Below are positions 46,348-56,555 of a DNA stretch of 64,000 nucleotides, one piece after another. The DNA lies in the IMG/VR virus record IMGVR_UViG_3300046542_000248, positions 182,902 through 246,901 of that record; one strand, written 5' to 3'. Each line of letters begins with the position of its first letter. The stretch's first letter is position 1. Made by a program: the position numbers and the translations under genes. The notes below the pieces were generated by a model. It had not been told where the DNA came from. It did no database searches and saw only the letters and a list, made by a program, of their open reading frames with translations.

Positions 46348-48642
46348 TTAGATTTTGTTTCTGTAGTAATCTTGTGTAAGCTTATTGATTTTGGATTGAT
46401 CATAGTCACCGAATTTCATCGTGTTGAAAGTTTCATGGATTGTATACAGTGTAACTGTTTCAGCCATGATAGTTTCTTTTTGACTATTGATATCAAATCC
46501 AGTTCCAAGATGAGTTGCTTCTTGGATATATTTCTTGGAGCGGCTCATAACGATAGCTTCAAATAGACTCGCTGGTCCAGTGACAGCACCTTTATGGCTT
46601 TGTACCGCTTCTTGAATAGCTTCTCCACCTTCGGGGATCTTCTTGGAAAGTTTGGACAGAAGTTTTTGCTCATCCGCCTCAAGTTTCTCCATACGAGTTT
46701 CCTCAGCTTCGATAACTCCAATGATTTTGGATTTAACCACTTCAACTACTTTATCTTTACCAGTAGCAGATGCGATCGAGTCGATAAGTTTCTTCTCGTC
46801 ATCATCCAAGAAGTCATTAAGTTTAGGATACTTACCTTGTTTCAACTCTGCACTAGCAGCTTCCGAGATACCATTCGGATTAGCCATGTAAAGTTTTTTG
46901 TAAACAGCAGCTTCAAGGCAAGCCAATTGACCATGAATTTCTGGTGATGCAGTATCTTCAACTGATTCACGCATAGTTCTGATCATAACAGGAAGATCTT
47001 GTTTAACATCGAGGCTAGAATCATCAGATTCATTTACGATATTAACAATGTGCGCAATATCAGAAGCACTTGCTTCATACAGTTCGAAGAATTGAGCAGC
47101 TTCGAATACTGTGTTTGCAAGCATATCCATACCGACTTTGTGATCAAGTGAAAGAAGAGGAGAAATGCTTTCGCGAATCATCTTCTTACCACCACGGTTA
47201 AGATCAACTTGATTTAAGAAGGATTCAAGACGAACTCCTTGCTTAATCATGTTTGTAACTTCATAACCATGACGACGACCAGTTTCAACCACGGAAGAAA
47301 GGTTACTACGGTAAGCTCTACCTTCCTTAACGTATTGATCTTTTACCTTGTCAGGTAAGTTAGGAAGTTTAAGTGCTTTAATAATCAAGAGGGTAATGTT
47401 GGAACCAGAGTTACCATGTTTGATGAATTCATTGTGATAATTGGAATCTCCTGTAATGCGGTTAGCAAGTTTAAGATTTTCCAATCCTTGGTAAGCATCA
47501 AGGTCAATCATCGAAGTGCTGATCTTTTGCTTCAGACCAGTGATAATATCTTCGTGATTTACTGAAGTATTGGAAGTTGCATCAGCTTCTGTCAAAAACT
47601 CAACGAAAGACATTTCGTGAAGCTGTTTAGTTTGTTGCTTCTCAATCAACGATTGACGATATTGATTGATTACAACGATTGCTTTGTAAATAGAAACGAT
47701 CCGCTCGCCGACTTTCAAGTATTCTTTGGAATCGACAGGATAGTTCTTTTGAAGCTTTTTAAGAGTGATTGCTACGTCAATTGCTACATAGTAATAGCTA
47801 TCAACTTCAGCAAGAGTTTTGCGTAGAAGCTTATCTCTCAAAGTATCAGTGGATTCTTTACCAAATACGCCATTTACTACAGATAGAAGTTTATCTATAA
47901 CTGTATAGATACTTTTATCTACAGCAACTCCGCAACGAAGAACGATAATTGCTGCTTGAATGATTTTATGAGCAGAAGCTACCTTTTGCTCAAGAGTAAA
48001 GCGTTGGAACTCAGATGTGAGTTGGTCTACAACCGCACGAGCTTTATTCACTTTCTCCTCTTCAGTAATAGGAGTGACTGCAGAATGTACATGGTGGTGA
48101 TCATGAACAGATTCACCAATTACTTGTAGAGCATCAATGATTACGCTATCCAAAGATGTGCTGTTGAATTCATTCTCAAGAAGTGCAGTATATACACCTT
48201 CGTTCATTGATACGAGATTTTCAGCCCGTTCAATAACGTTCTCGATGATGATATTAGAATTCTTAGTGAATTCTTTAAACTTACCAAGAGTAGTAATATC
48301 ATTCTCTTTCAGAACTTGATAGAAGTAAGTTTCGAAAAGAGTTTTGATATTCTCTTGATACTCTGCTTTAGCAGATTCATCAAGTAGCAATGCGGATTCA
48401 AAGATTCCATACATTGCATCTTTCACTACGCTAATTACTGCACCTTCACGTAGGAATTTACGTTCAATACTTCTTGAAGCTTCTGTGTTATAAGTACGAT
48501 CGTACTCAGACGCAAGAGCATCAATTGAACTTTCAAGAAAACGGCGGTGAGCCTTCGTTGCTGCAAGCTCAGCTTCCATCATTACTTTACGATTATGATT
48601 CATAATACTTTTTTGAAGTTCAAAACTCGATAGATCGAACAT
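46348..48642 (-). CDS. virion (head) protein with many xxE processing-type sites
   Basis: 764 aa; frequent ES/EA motifs; late promoter at 48680-48691. Confidence 0.6.
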   Translation of the reverse strand: MFDLSSFELQKSIMNHNRKVMMEAELAATKAHRRFLESSIDALASEYDRTYNTEASRSIERKFLREGAVISVVKDAMYGIFESALLLDESAKAEYQENIKTLFETYFYQVLKENDITTLGKFKEFTKNSNIIIENVIERAENLVSMNEGVYTALLENEFNSTSLDSVIIDALQVIGESVHDHHHVHSAVTPITEEEKVNKARAVVDQLTSEFQRFTLEQKVASAHKIIQAAIIVLRCGVAVDKSIYTVIDKLLSVVNGVFGKESTDTLRDKLLRKTLAEVDSYYYVAIDVAITLKKLQKNYPVDSKEYLKVGERIVSIYKAIVVINQYRQSLIEKQQTKQLHEMSFVEFLTEADATSNTSVNHEDIITGLKQKISTSMIDLDAYQGLENLKLANRITGDSNYHNEFIKHGNSGSNITLLIIKALKLPNLPDKVKDQYVKEGRAYRSNLSSVVETGRRHGYEVTNMIKQGVRLESFLNQVDLNRGGKKMIRESISPLLSLDHKVGMDMLANTVFEAAQFFELYEASASDIAHIVNIVNESDDSSLDVKQDLPVMIRTMRESVEDTASPEIHGQLACLEAAVYKKLYMANPNGISEAASAELKQGKYPKLNDFLDDDEKKLIDSIASATGKDKVVEVVKSKIIGVIEAEETRMEKLEADEQKLLSKLSKKIPEGGEAIQEAVQSHKGAVTGPASLFEAIVMSRSKKYIQEATHLGTGFDINSQKETIMAETVTLYTIHETFNTMKFGDYDQSKINKLTQDYYRNKI

Positions 48643-48679
48643 ATTTTATTTCCTCCTTAAGAATAATTAATTTTTTCCT

Positions 48680-48691
48680 TATAAGACTGTT
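48680..48691 (-). promoter_or_regulatory. putative late promoter AACA-N6-TA
   Basis: minus strand AACA gtctta TA. Confidence 0.65.
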
Positions 48692-48743
48692 TAAAGTAGT
48701 AAAGAAAACCGTATAGGAAATAAAGATCCTATACGGCTTTTCG

Positions 48744-51700
48744 TTATACCGGAATGACCTCAATATCAATCTTACTAATATCAAGTTTAACGAATTCAGG
48801 TACATATTGCAGTAATTGATCTTTGTTCATAATATCAAGAGAAGGAGTTGTATTGATTAGGGATTGATACAGAAGTCCGAAATCATTAATCTGTCTAAGT
48901 TCAAATGCAAGAATACGAGATTGTTTGTATTTGAACTCATTCTCTACTTGAGTAATGATATTCGAGAAGTAAATACTTTCATTGATACTCATACTGGAAA
49001 CGTTAATAGTTTCGATCAGAGGTTGAATAAAAGCTTTTAAGTCTGCAACCAATGTGGTATCAGTTCTAGTAGAAAGCATACGAACTCTAAACTTCATCTT
49101 AATATCAAGACGGTCAAGAGATGTTACAGTATTTTCCATTCTAAAGTAATTAGATTTTCCATAAGTTGCATAGAACTTGAAGTCAATCGAAGAGTTATTC
49201 TTGATCTGATTCAAGATAATCTTTAAAGTTTCGTTACTATTCTTAATAACGTTAGATACTCGATCAATATCGGCTCGAAGCTCAGTATACTTGATCAAAG
49301 GAATCTGTTTAACGCTAAAGTCCATATCACTGCCACCAGAAGGCACATAGTTAATGATAGACTGTACCAATCGAGTCATATTAACCATTAATGTGACCTT
49401 ATCAAATTCATTAGTATAAATATTAAGAAGACCATAGTTTGCCATATTAGGAACGACGTTATTGTAAGTACCTTTATCTGTATAATTACCATCATTATAG
49501 TAGATACCGATACCAATCTTCACATCGTTCAAGGGACTAATATGATCATATATCAGATCCGAACCTTCAGTATAGATGCTGTCTTTGATACGTAATTCAT
49601 CATTAAGAGTGATATAATCATCAGTCTTTAATTCAGCAGATACTACAAAGTAGTTATCGTTCTTATTATAAGAAACGATCTTCATATTGAAATATCCTAC
49701 AATATTATTAGCATCAGTGGCAGAGTATACATAGCCGAACAATTTGAACATTGAAACGTCTATGATATTGCCGCTACTATCAATAATTCCATTAGGTAAA
49801 GCACTTGTAGGGACGATATTAAGATTAATCTTATAAGAAAATTCATTATCAATTGCATTCCGTGAAATCGTGAATTTGTTAATAATGAATTGTAATGGAG
49901 CATTAGTATTCGAGTAAGCAATCGAAACTGTATGCTCTTTATTAATACTATTAAGATAGTATGAGATTGAAGGTGGGTCTTCATTGATTATCATAAGATA
50001 CGGACAGCCGAAGAGGAACTTATTTGCATTTTCCTCTAATGAAGAAATTAATGTCGCATTACGTTTAAGAGGTACGAAATCATTCACTGTATTGCCCTGA
50101 ATGTTTTCAGTTGCAATAACTTCAAATTTTCTTGGGTTGATAATTGAAACCCATGTACCATCAGACCCATTAGCATTAGTTCCTGCTGAATCTTCATATT
50201 GAACTTCTACAGAACCTAGTGCATAGCTTCTGATATCGCTGTATGGAGTTGCCATAGTTATACCAGAAAGTAATGTAGGAGTTGCCATAGTTATAATAAC
50301 TTCAGTAAATTTAGTAGGATCATTCAACGCACTAGTATTACCTGCTGTCCAGAAAGTTGCTGGATCACCATCGAACATGTTGTCGATAGACCCTGTAGCA
50401 AGATCAATAGTACCAGTATGATTTGCACCTTGAGTAAATGTAAATGCAGTTCGAGGTAATACATTCGAATACATATCAATTACGTTAAGTACTCTAAAGT
50501 TAGATTCATTGTTGATCGTATTACCGGACAATCTCAGTCTGATACGTTTTACTTTATAATAAACGGTATCATTCTTTGCAATCTTGAAATTTTGTCCGTC
50601 TATCAGTGAATAAGCAGTTGATGGGTATATTATGCGTCGCGATGTTTGAGGATAATAAGCATTAACATCAGCAGCTTTGATTACACCATCAAGAGAATTT
50701 GTTGAAATAACGTTTCCATTCACATTACGCATAATCATGAATGCCGTATATTTCTTCTCATAGATATCAATCCGTTTCTTGATAAAAATGGTGTTATTAA
50801 CAACGTCGGTATTTTTAAAGAATCGGTTTAAATCATTCTCAGTATCAATAGATCTGAGAGTAGATTTGTAGTTAATAACTCTTGCTCTAATTTCTTCAGT
50901 AGTTAATGTATCAGTACCACCGAGAGAGTTACTAATAATAATCATATTAAAGTAACTTCCAGTATAGTCGATAGTATTAAGATATGATTCTGGAGAAATT
51001 TCAATTGTACCACCATTGTACGTGAAGTTGGCAGCCTTACCTTTAGTGGTAAACATATCTACTCTAATTTCACCATTGAAGTTGAAATTAAATGCAGCAG
51101 GAATAGATAGTCTAATCTTCCCAGGTTCTGTATCATTATAATACAGATATTTATTATTTTCCGATGTTAATTTAGAAGTATAGTAGAACTTGTCTACTTT
51201 GATAAATTCAGCATTATCATTATTTCTATAGAATACATTGAAATATGCAAGCTGATCATCGTATTTGAACTCAATACCCTGTAATGGAATTCGTTCAGTT
51301 TCAGTGATATTGTAAGTATCGTATTTCTTACGAACCTGTAAAAGATTTGTATTAAATAGAAGATACTTTTCAGAATCAATGGAAAGATTCTGTGTGATCA
51401 GGAATGGGTTAGTAATGTTAGAGATAGAGTTTTCTCCATCAAGTGTATATTGAGCACTGTATGAGAAATTACCATTAACTTTTCTACCCAAAATGTTTAC
51501 TGTAAATGGAAGCATAAAAGTAAATCCTGAAATTGTGATTATCGAATCTTTATGGAGAGTGAATCGAATATTAGACGAATCAACGGCCCATTTAGTTTCA
51601 AGATAACTAACAGGAACACCAATACTCACATTGATCGAAGCAGGTACAGCACCAGGCAATGTAAGCTCTGGATAACTTGCAGCTTCTTGAATGAGCGTTG

Positions 51701-51902
51701 GTTTTGTAGCTGTGATAGTTAATTTTTCTTTTGCTTTGATAGCATTATTTACGATTGAGTTTTCGTATATAGTTCCCATAGTTTCAGCAACCATACCGAA
51801 TACACCAATCCTATTTTTAGATAATTCTGCGAAATCATCATCAAAATACTTTGGTGCAATGTCATTGATAATTTTATTGATTATATCCACATTTAAAAGC
51901 AT
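48744..51902 (-). CDS. baseplate wedge-like structural protein with inserted discoidin-like domain
   Basis: 1052 aa; TTKGKAANF, SLGGTD.LT.EE.R baseplate-J/gp6-like pattern; MFDGDPATFW insert. Confidence 0.7.
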   Translation of the reverse strand: MLLNVDIINKIINDIAPKYFDDDFAELSKNRIGVFGMVAETMGTIYENSIVNNAIKAKEKLTITATKPTLIQEAASYPELTLPGAVPASINVSIGVPVSYLETKWAVDSSNIRFTLHKDSIITISGFTFMLPFTVNILGRKVNGNFSYSAQYTLDGENSISNITNPFLITQNLSIDSEKYLLFNTNLLQVRKKYDTYNITETERIPLQGIEFKYDDQLAYFNVFYRNNDNAEFIKVDKFYYTSKLTSENNKYLYYNDTEPGKIRLSIPAAFNFNFNGEIRVDMFTTKGKAANFTYNGGTIEISPESYLNTIDYTGSYFNMIIISNSLGGTDTLTTEEIRARVINYKSTLRSIDTENDLNRFFKNTDVVNNTIFIKKRIDIYEKKYTAFMIMRNVNGNVISTNSLDGVIKAADVNAYYPQTSRRIIYPSTAYSLIDGQNFKIAKNDTVYYKVKRIRLRLSGNTINNESNFRVLNVIDMYSNVLPRTAFTFTQGANHTGTIDLATGSIDNMFDGDPATFWTAGNTSALNDPTKFTEVIITMATPTLLSGITMATPYSDIRSYALGSVEVQYEDSAGTNANGSDGTWVSIINPRKFEVIATENIQGNTVNDFVPLKRNATLISSLEENANKFLFGCPYLMIINEDPPSISYYLNSINKEHTVSIAYSNTNAPLQFIINKFTISRNAIDNEFSYKINLNIVPTSALPNGIIDSSGNIIDVSMFKLFGYVYSATDANNIVGYFNMKIVSYNKNDNYFVVSAELKTDDYITLNDELRIKDSIYTEGSDLIYDHISPLNDVKIGIGIYYNDGNYTDKGTYNNVVPNMANYGLLNIYTNEFDKVTLMVNMTRLVQSIINYVPSGGSDMDFSVKQIPLIKYTELRADIDRVSNVIKNSNETLKIILNQIKNNSSIDFKFYATYGKSNYFRMENTVTSLDRLDIKMKFRVRMLSTRTDTTLVADLKAFIQPLIETINVSSMSINESIYFSNIITQVENEFKYKQSRILAFELRQINDFGLLYQSLINTTPSLDIMNKDQLLQYVPEFVKLDISKIDIEVIPV

Positions 51903-51922
51903 TTAGTTTACCACCTTTCTTA

Positions 51923-53014
51923 TTATCTTGCCGAATCGTGAATATTCCAACTTAAGAAATACTTTCCTGCATACTTCTGAATGATCGGATTACTTACAAA
52001 CGGATAACCCATATCAACATAACCAGTATTGCCAATTCTATAACTATTATCGGCAATAGTATTAGGTTTCTGATGATGTAAAGCTGATAACTTATTCAAT
52101 TCAGAAAGAATATACGGATCTAAGATACCCGACTTACTCTTCATTGAATATTTGAATTGTACTGAAAATTCAGGATATGCAAATTGATCTATGGTAGTTG
52201 CAAATGCACTATCTGGTCTTGTAATAGGAAATACCCCAAGAAGTTTTTCCGAATATACAATTTCTAGAGCACTTTTATTGATTATGCCACCTGATTGCTG
52301 AATCTCTGGTCCAATATGATCACGAGTTACTACATAATACATAGCAACTGCATAATCCAAAATACCAGATTTAATATAATATTCATTAGGTGCATGATCA
52401 CCAAGAAAGACTGCTTCAATATAATCAGTCCATAATGCAATTGTCTTATAGATTGGGAAGTCTCTAGTGTCTGCGAAGTTTAAAGTAATAGTCCCAGACG
52501 TTCTTGAATTCATGGAGTGTTTTGCATAACTTAAACGCATTCCATGAAGCGTATCTCCCTTCTCCACAGTATCTAAAACTTGATCTTCGGGAGTATAACC
52601 TTTAACTCCATTAGAAAGAGAAGGCATGAATGCTGAAGGATGACCAGTATTTTGCTGGAGCTGTTTCATTACAACTTTATTTGCAGTTACTTTAATACCT
52701 TCAACGCTATCACTGTTTTCTTCAATGAATGCAGAGAAGCCAGATCTACCTCTAAGTTTTTCTCTAAGAGGTAATGCTTTATTATCTATATCCATAAGAT
52801 TACAGTCAGGTCTTGTAAAGAATATATGACCTCTTAAACCACCTGGGTGCAAAAATCCCTCAGGTAAATAATATCTGTTAAACATTTCAAGATGAAACCA
52901 TGGGTTAGAAGCATGATTACCTATAAGAGCACGTTCATCTTGTCGTAAAGAAAACTCACTATTTGTTAATCCACTTCTAGCACTGACAATATCTGACCAG
53001 GTTAAAAAGCTCAT
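51923..53014 (-). CDS. tail/baseplate structural protein
   Basis: GHIFFTRPDCNL motif seen in jumbo-phage tube/hub-like proteins; late promoter. Confidence 0.55.
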   Translation of the reverse strand: MSFLTWSDIVSARSGLTNSEFSLRQDERALIGNHASNPWFHLEMFNRYYLPEGFLHPGGLRGHIFFTRPDCNLMDIDNKALPLREKLRGRSGFSAFIEENSDSVEGIKVTANKVVMKQLQQNTGHPSAFMPSLSNGVKGYTPEDQVLDTVEKGDTLHGMRLSYAKHSMNSRTSGTITLNFADTRDFPIYKTIALWTDYIEAVFLGDHAPNEYYIKSGILDYAVAMYYVVTRDHIGPEIQQSGGIINKSALEIVYSEKLLGVFPITRPDSAFATTIDQFAYPEFSVQFKYSMKSKSGILDPYILSELNKLSALHHQKPNTIADNSYRIGNTGYVDMGYPFVSNPIIQKYAGKYFLSWNIHDSAR

Positions 53015-53047
53015 TTATAAAACATCTCCTTCCTTAAAATATACGGT

Positions 53048-53059
53048 TATTCAGGTGTT
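53048..53059 (-). promoter_or_regulatory. putative late promoter AACA-N6-TA
   Basis: minus strand AACA cctgaa TA. Confidence 0.65.
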
Positions 53060-53104
53060 CCTTTCATATAAATACACCCATTAAAACTTCAATATTAAAA
53101 GGAA

Positions 53105-53114
53105 TATATATTAT
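53105..53114 (+). promoter_or_regulatory. putative early promoter TATATATTAT
   Basis: exact motif. Confidence 0.65.
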
Positions 53115-53145
53115 TACTATAGATAAAGAGAAAGGAATTGATCAT

Positions 53146-53361
53146 ATGATTAAGATCACACTTAATATCGAGAATTTTGAGAAGCTAAAAAACGGCACTT
53201 ATAATGATACTAAGAAAACTAATGTATTGAAACCTGTTATAGCAGCGGCTGGAGTTGGAGTACTTGCTGGTACTTTGCTAGAATTAGCATCAAGAGCTGA
53301 TACCAAGATTGGTAAAACGGCTAAACTCCTTAAAGAACTTGTAAGAATCTTCAGCAATTAA
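53146..53361 (+). CDS. small early protein with hydrophobic helix
   Basis: VIAAAGVGVLAGTLL; SD aaagga. Confidence 0.65.
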   Translation: MIKITLNIENFEKLKNGTYNDTKKTNVLKPVIAAAGVGVLAGTLLELASRADTKIGKTAKLLKELVRIFSN

Positions 53362-53542
53362 TATTATTTCTATTGCATTCCATTTGCCACCCTCTTGTCA
53401 TCATCTATAAAGATGAAAACTAATAATTTACAAATGGTCATCGGAAATAGTATTAATTCAATTATACAGCCTTTAAAGGTTGTATAAAAAAGAAGATAAG
53501 GATTATTTTTTTCTAAAATTAAATATCCAACATAGTTATTTA

Positions 53543-53554
53543 AACACACAAATA
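53543..53554 (+). promoter_or_regulatory. putative late promoter AACA-N6-TA
   Basis: AACA cacaaa TA. Confidence 0.55.
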
Positions 53555-53588
53555 ATATTAATTTATTAATTTCCCCGAACTGGAAGGA

Positions 53589-54719
53589 GTGTTGAGTTTT
53601 ATGATCATCGAAGATCTAATTATGCTCGGGAAAAAGGTGATTAAGGATAATATCTTAAAATCCAAAAAAGTCACTTTATCCCAACGATTCAAGTCACTAT
53701 CACAGGCTTCGACTGAATCTACTTATTTTTTCCCAATTGCATGCTCGGAACAAGCTACGCCTGATGAGATTGCAATGTCTATGAAGTTATTTGAGAGGAA
53801 CTATGCTATCTTTACACGAACGGCGTTCTCTCTCATCCCGTATGTCGAAATGTCTAGCTCGGAGTATGGTATTAAGGAGCATCTTTCCAAGGTTCATCAA
53901 AACATTGGAGTTATGCCGAATATGGGTTCTTACAAGTATTCACTTGAAGCATCTACTGAAAATATTAACTATGGTGTACTGAATGAGAACAATGCTTCCA
54001 ATGCATTCGTAAACCATGTTAAAGCGAAAGTATCTAATGACAATACTAGTATTGTAGGTAATTCAAGAGGTCAGAATGGTCAAGCAGCACCGATCACTGT
54101 TGACTATGAGTGGAAGAAAGCAAATGAAGTTCTTCCTACTACGGTAAATATTCCGCTTCGAGTTAATGGTGACAATATGGATCTTCCGGTTCATATTAAA
54201 GCCAATGTTCACAAAGTTCCTACATCTGTATTGGTGCAGGATATTGTTAAAAGTATGAATCAAAGTAAAGGTTTCCTAAACTTTGTTCAATACGTTTCTG
54301 GCGAACAAAAATCTCTAGTCGATTTCCTATTTGGCGTATCCAATATGAAGGAAGATATTTTGAAAACAAATTCTTCTCCTTGGTTGGATGCATTCAAACG
54401 TAGAAAACGTCTTGCTAATCTTGCATGGGGTACAGTTGCTGATAATTATAAACCGATCGGTACAATTGTATTGACCATGAATGAAGTAAACATCTTAAAG
54501 AATCAATATGAAATTGACGTTTTTGTGGAGGCTAAGAAGATTATGACGCAGTACTTCCTGCTTGGATTTATGATCCTCGATCAGACAAATGAAACTGCTC
54601 ATATTCTATTTGATTCCTTCCCAGGATTCCAAGAGTATCCATACAAAACTCTTGAACGTGAAGCTAGTAATCAAGACAAAACATTACGCGATATGATTCG
54701 TGCAATGGGTCGTATCTAA
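53589..54719 (+). CDS. virion structural protein
   Basis: 376 aa; late promoter; structural context. Confidence 0.6.
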   Translation: MLSFMIIEDLIMLGKKVIKDNILKSKKVTLSQRFKSLSQASTESTYFFPIACSEQATPDEIAMSMKLFERNYAIFTRTAFSLIPYVEMSSSEYGIKEHLSKVHQNIGVMPNMGSYKYSLEASTENINYGVLNENNASNAFVNHVKAKVSNDNTSIVGNSRGQNGQAAPITVDYEWKKANEVLPTTVNIPLRVNGDNMDLPVHIKANVHKVPTSVLVQDIVKSMNQSKGFLNFVQYVSGEQKSLVDFLFGVSNMKEDILKTNSSPWLDAFKRRKRLANLAWGTVADNYKPIGTIVLTMNEVNILKNQYEIDVFVEAKKIMTQYFLLGFMILDQTNETAHILFDSFPGFQEYPYKTLEREASNQDKTLRDMIRAMGRI

Positions 54720-54739
54720 AGAAGGGTGGTAAAGTCCAA

Positions 54740-55726
54740 ATGCAATTACAACGAGCTGACCTTGAATTACATGGATTGATTCAAGAGAATTACACTGGAA
54801 CTCTTACTATGCATAAGTTTATGAATTTGACAGAATCTGATAAGGTTTCCATCAGCAAAGGACTCATTGATCAAATCTATGTGACTATTGCTGAACGGTA
54901 TAACTCTATCAACTTCGAAATGGTTCCTAAATCTCTTGGTAAGATTAAAACCATGAAAGAGTATGAAAATCTTAGAGCTTCAATCGACTTGCTTATTGGT
55001 ATTGCTAATGAATCTAAGCAGCCGATCCCTGAAGTTGAGATTATCAGACAATCACTTGATAATTTGGTCATGTTTGAAGAAGCATTCTTCACTGGTTATA
55101 TGAAGAAAAATGCTCCTATCATCATGACTTACAATCTTCTTGCAATGGCAGTATTCTGTAGTACCTCACTTATGATATCCGTATTGGTTGATTTTATTAA
55201 TCAAGGAGCAAGTGGCGGCGATGCAAGACCTTCAGAATCTGTTGATATTATTATCAATCAGAAATACAAACGTCATCAAAATTATTTGATGATTGATGCA
55301 TTGAAGAAATTCAATGATCAAGTTGGTAATGGTAGTTTTGCTCAAACACTTCAAACGTACAATAGACAAAATGCCCAGAACTTAAATGAATCAGCAATCT
55401 TGACTACTGGTTTAGTAATTATCGGTATTGTGTTTATCCTGAAATTCATTCCTCTTGTAAAAGAACTTATCTACCTCTTCTATTACACGAGATTGAAACT
55501 TAGTGATGCACTTGCTATCCAAGCCGACCTTATCAATGGTAACATTGAAGCTCTTAAAAATAAGGGCGTTAGTAAAGATAGCAAGATATTCAAAATTCAA
55601 AAATGGTTTAGTGATAAGCTTACGGATCTTTCCAATAAGTTTGCTTTCACTTATGAAAAAGGCGAAAAACAGGCTGAGATTGAATCTAGGGTGAAACTTA
55701 CACCTGAAGATGTCATGCTCTTTTAG
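54740..55726 (+). CDS. virion structural protein with TM segment
   Basis: LNESAILTTGLVIIGIVFILKFIP; co-transcribed. Confidence 0.6.
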   Translation: MQLQRADLELHGLIQENYTGTLTMHKFMNLTESDKVSISKGLIDQIYVTIAERYNSINFEMVPKSLGKIKTMKEYENLRASIDLLIGIANESKQPIPEVEIIRQSLDNLVMFEEAFFTGYMKKNAPIIMTYNLLAMAVFCSTSLMISVLVDFINQGASGGDARPSESVDIIINQKYKRHQNYLMIDALKKFNDQVGNGSFAQTLQTYNRQNAQNLNESAILTTGLVIIGIVFILKFIPLVKELIYLFYYTRLKLSDALAIQADLINGNIEALKNKGVSKDSKIFKIQKWFSDKLTDLSNKFAFTYEKGEKQAEIESRVKLTPEDVMLF

Positions 55727-55728
55727 AT

Positions 55729-56223
55729 ATGTTTAATGATGTATTTGATAGATTCCATGATAGGAAGAAACTAATCTTTCTGGGCGGTACCTGTAATGAA
55801 ACCACCTGGAGAGATAAACTTATTCCTAAACTGGATGCTGACTATCATATGCCACTTGACTTTACCTGGGATAAAGATGTTACTAAATTAAGTAACGATA
55901 GTTTTAATCCAGTTGTAAAAAATTGGACCCCTGCTGACTATCAGAAAGAGCTTGAAGTTCGAGCATCTGCTGATTATCTTGTATATGTAATCACTCCTGC
56001 AATGAGCGGAGTTTATAGTATTGCGGAAGTAATTGATGATAGTAATAAGAAACCGTCCAAAACGATCTTCTGCTATCTTCGTACTGACGAAGTAAAAGGT
56101 AAGTTTTATAAATTCAACGAGGGACAATGTAGATCATTGGATGCTGTTGGTAAGATGGTTGTAACTAACGGTGCTAAATGGTTCAAATCACTCGATGAAA
56201 TTATTTCTTATCTAAATTCCTAA
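55729..56223 (+). CDS. nucleoside 2-deoxyribosyltransferase-like protein
   Basis: IFLGGTC..WR, FNPVV, ADYLVYVI, YSIAE. Confidence 0.75.
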   Translation: MFNDVFDRFHDRKKLIFLGGTCNETTWRDKLIPKLDADYHMPLDFTWDKDVTKLSNDSFNPVVKNWTPADYQKELEVRASADYLVYVITPAMSGVYSIAEVIDDSNKKPSKTIFCYLRTDEVKGKFYKFNEGQCRSLDAVGKMVVTNGAKWFKSLDEIISYLNS

Positions 56224-56273
56224 ACCTGTGAAGTGAGAGTCGCTTTTTTAGTGACTCTTGCTTTATATTTGCC

Positions 56274-56285
56274 GACAATAAGATA
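56274..56285 (+). promoter_or_regulatory. putative late promoter GACA-N6-TA
   Basis: GACA ataaga TA. Confidence 0.55.
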
Positions 56286-56310
56286 TATCATATAAGGGGA
56301 TGGTGTACAC

Positions 56311-56544
56311 ATGAGTATTGAAACTAAACTTAAATGCATTCTAGAGGGAACATTCATAGAAGAAACTGTATTAACTAGCAGTGAAACCGACGAACTTTAT
56401 GATTTAAAGGATAAAGTTAAGACAGCTAGAGATAGAATGCTGTTCATAAAAGATCCTTCTGAGAAACGTAGTCGTCAAGCAGAACTTGAGCATATGGAGG
56501 ATAGACTACATTCTCTTAGGTCCAAAGCCTTTGCAAGAGGATGA
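56311..56544 (+). CDS. small tagged internal head protein
   Basis: MSIETKLKCILEG then a helical hairpin. Confidence 0.65.
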   Translation: MSIETKLKCILEGTFIEETVLTSSETDELYDLKDKVKTARDRMLFIKDPSEKRSRQAELEHMEDRLHSLRSKAFARG

Positions 56545-56555
56545 GGAGGTTTGAA

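Noticed and set aside
53362-53520. Possible ncRNA or antisense mini-ORF
   Set aside because: Only weak AT-rich hairpins and no supporting promoter-terminator pair.
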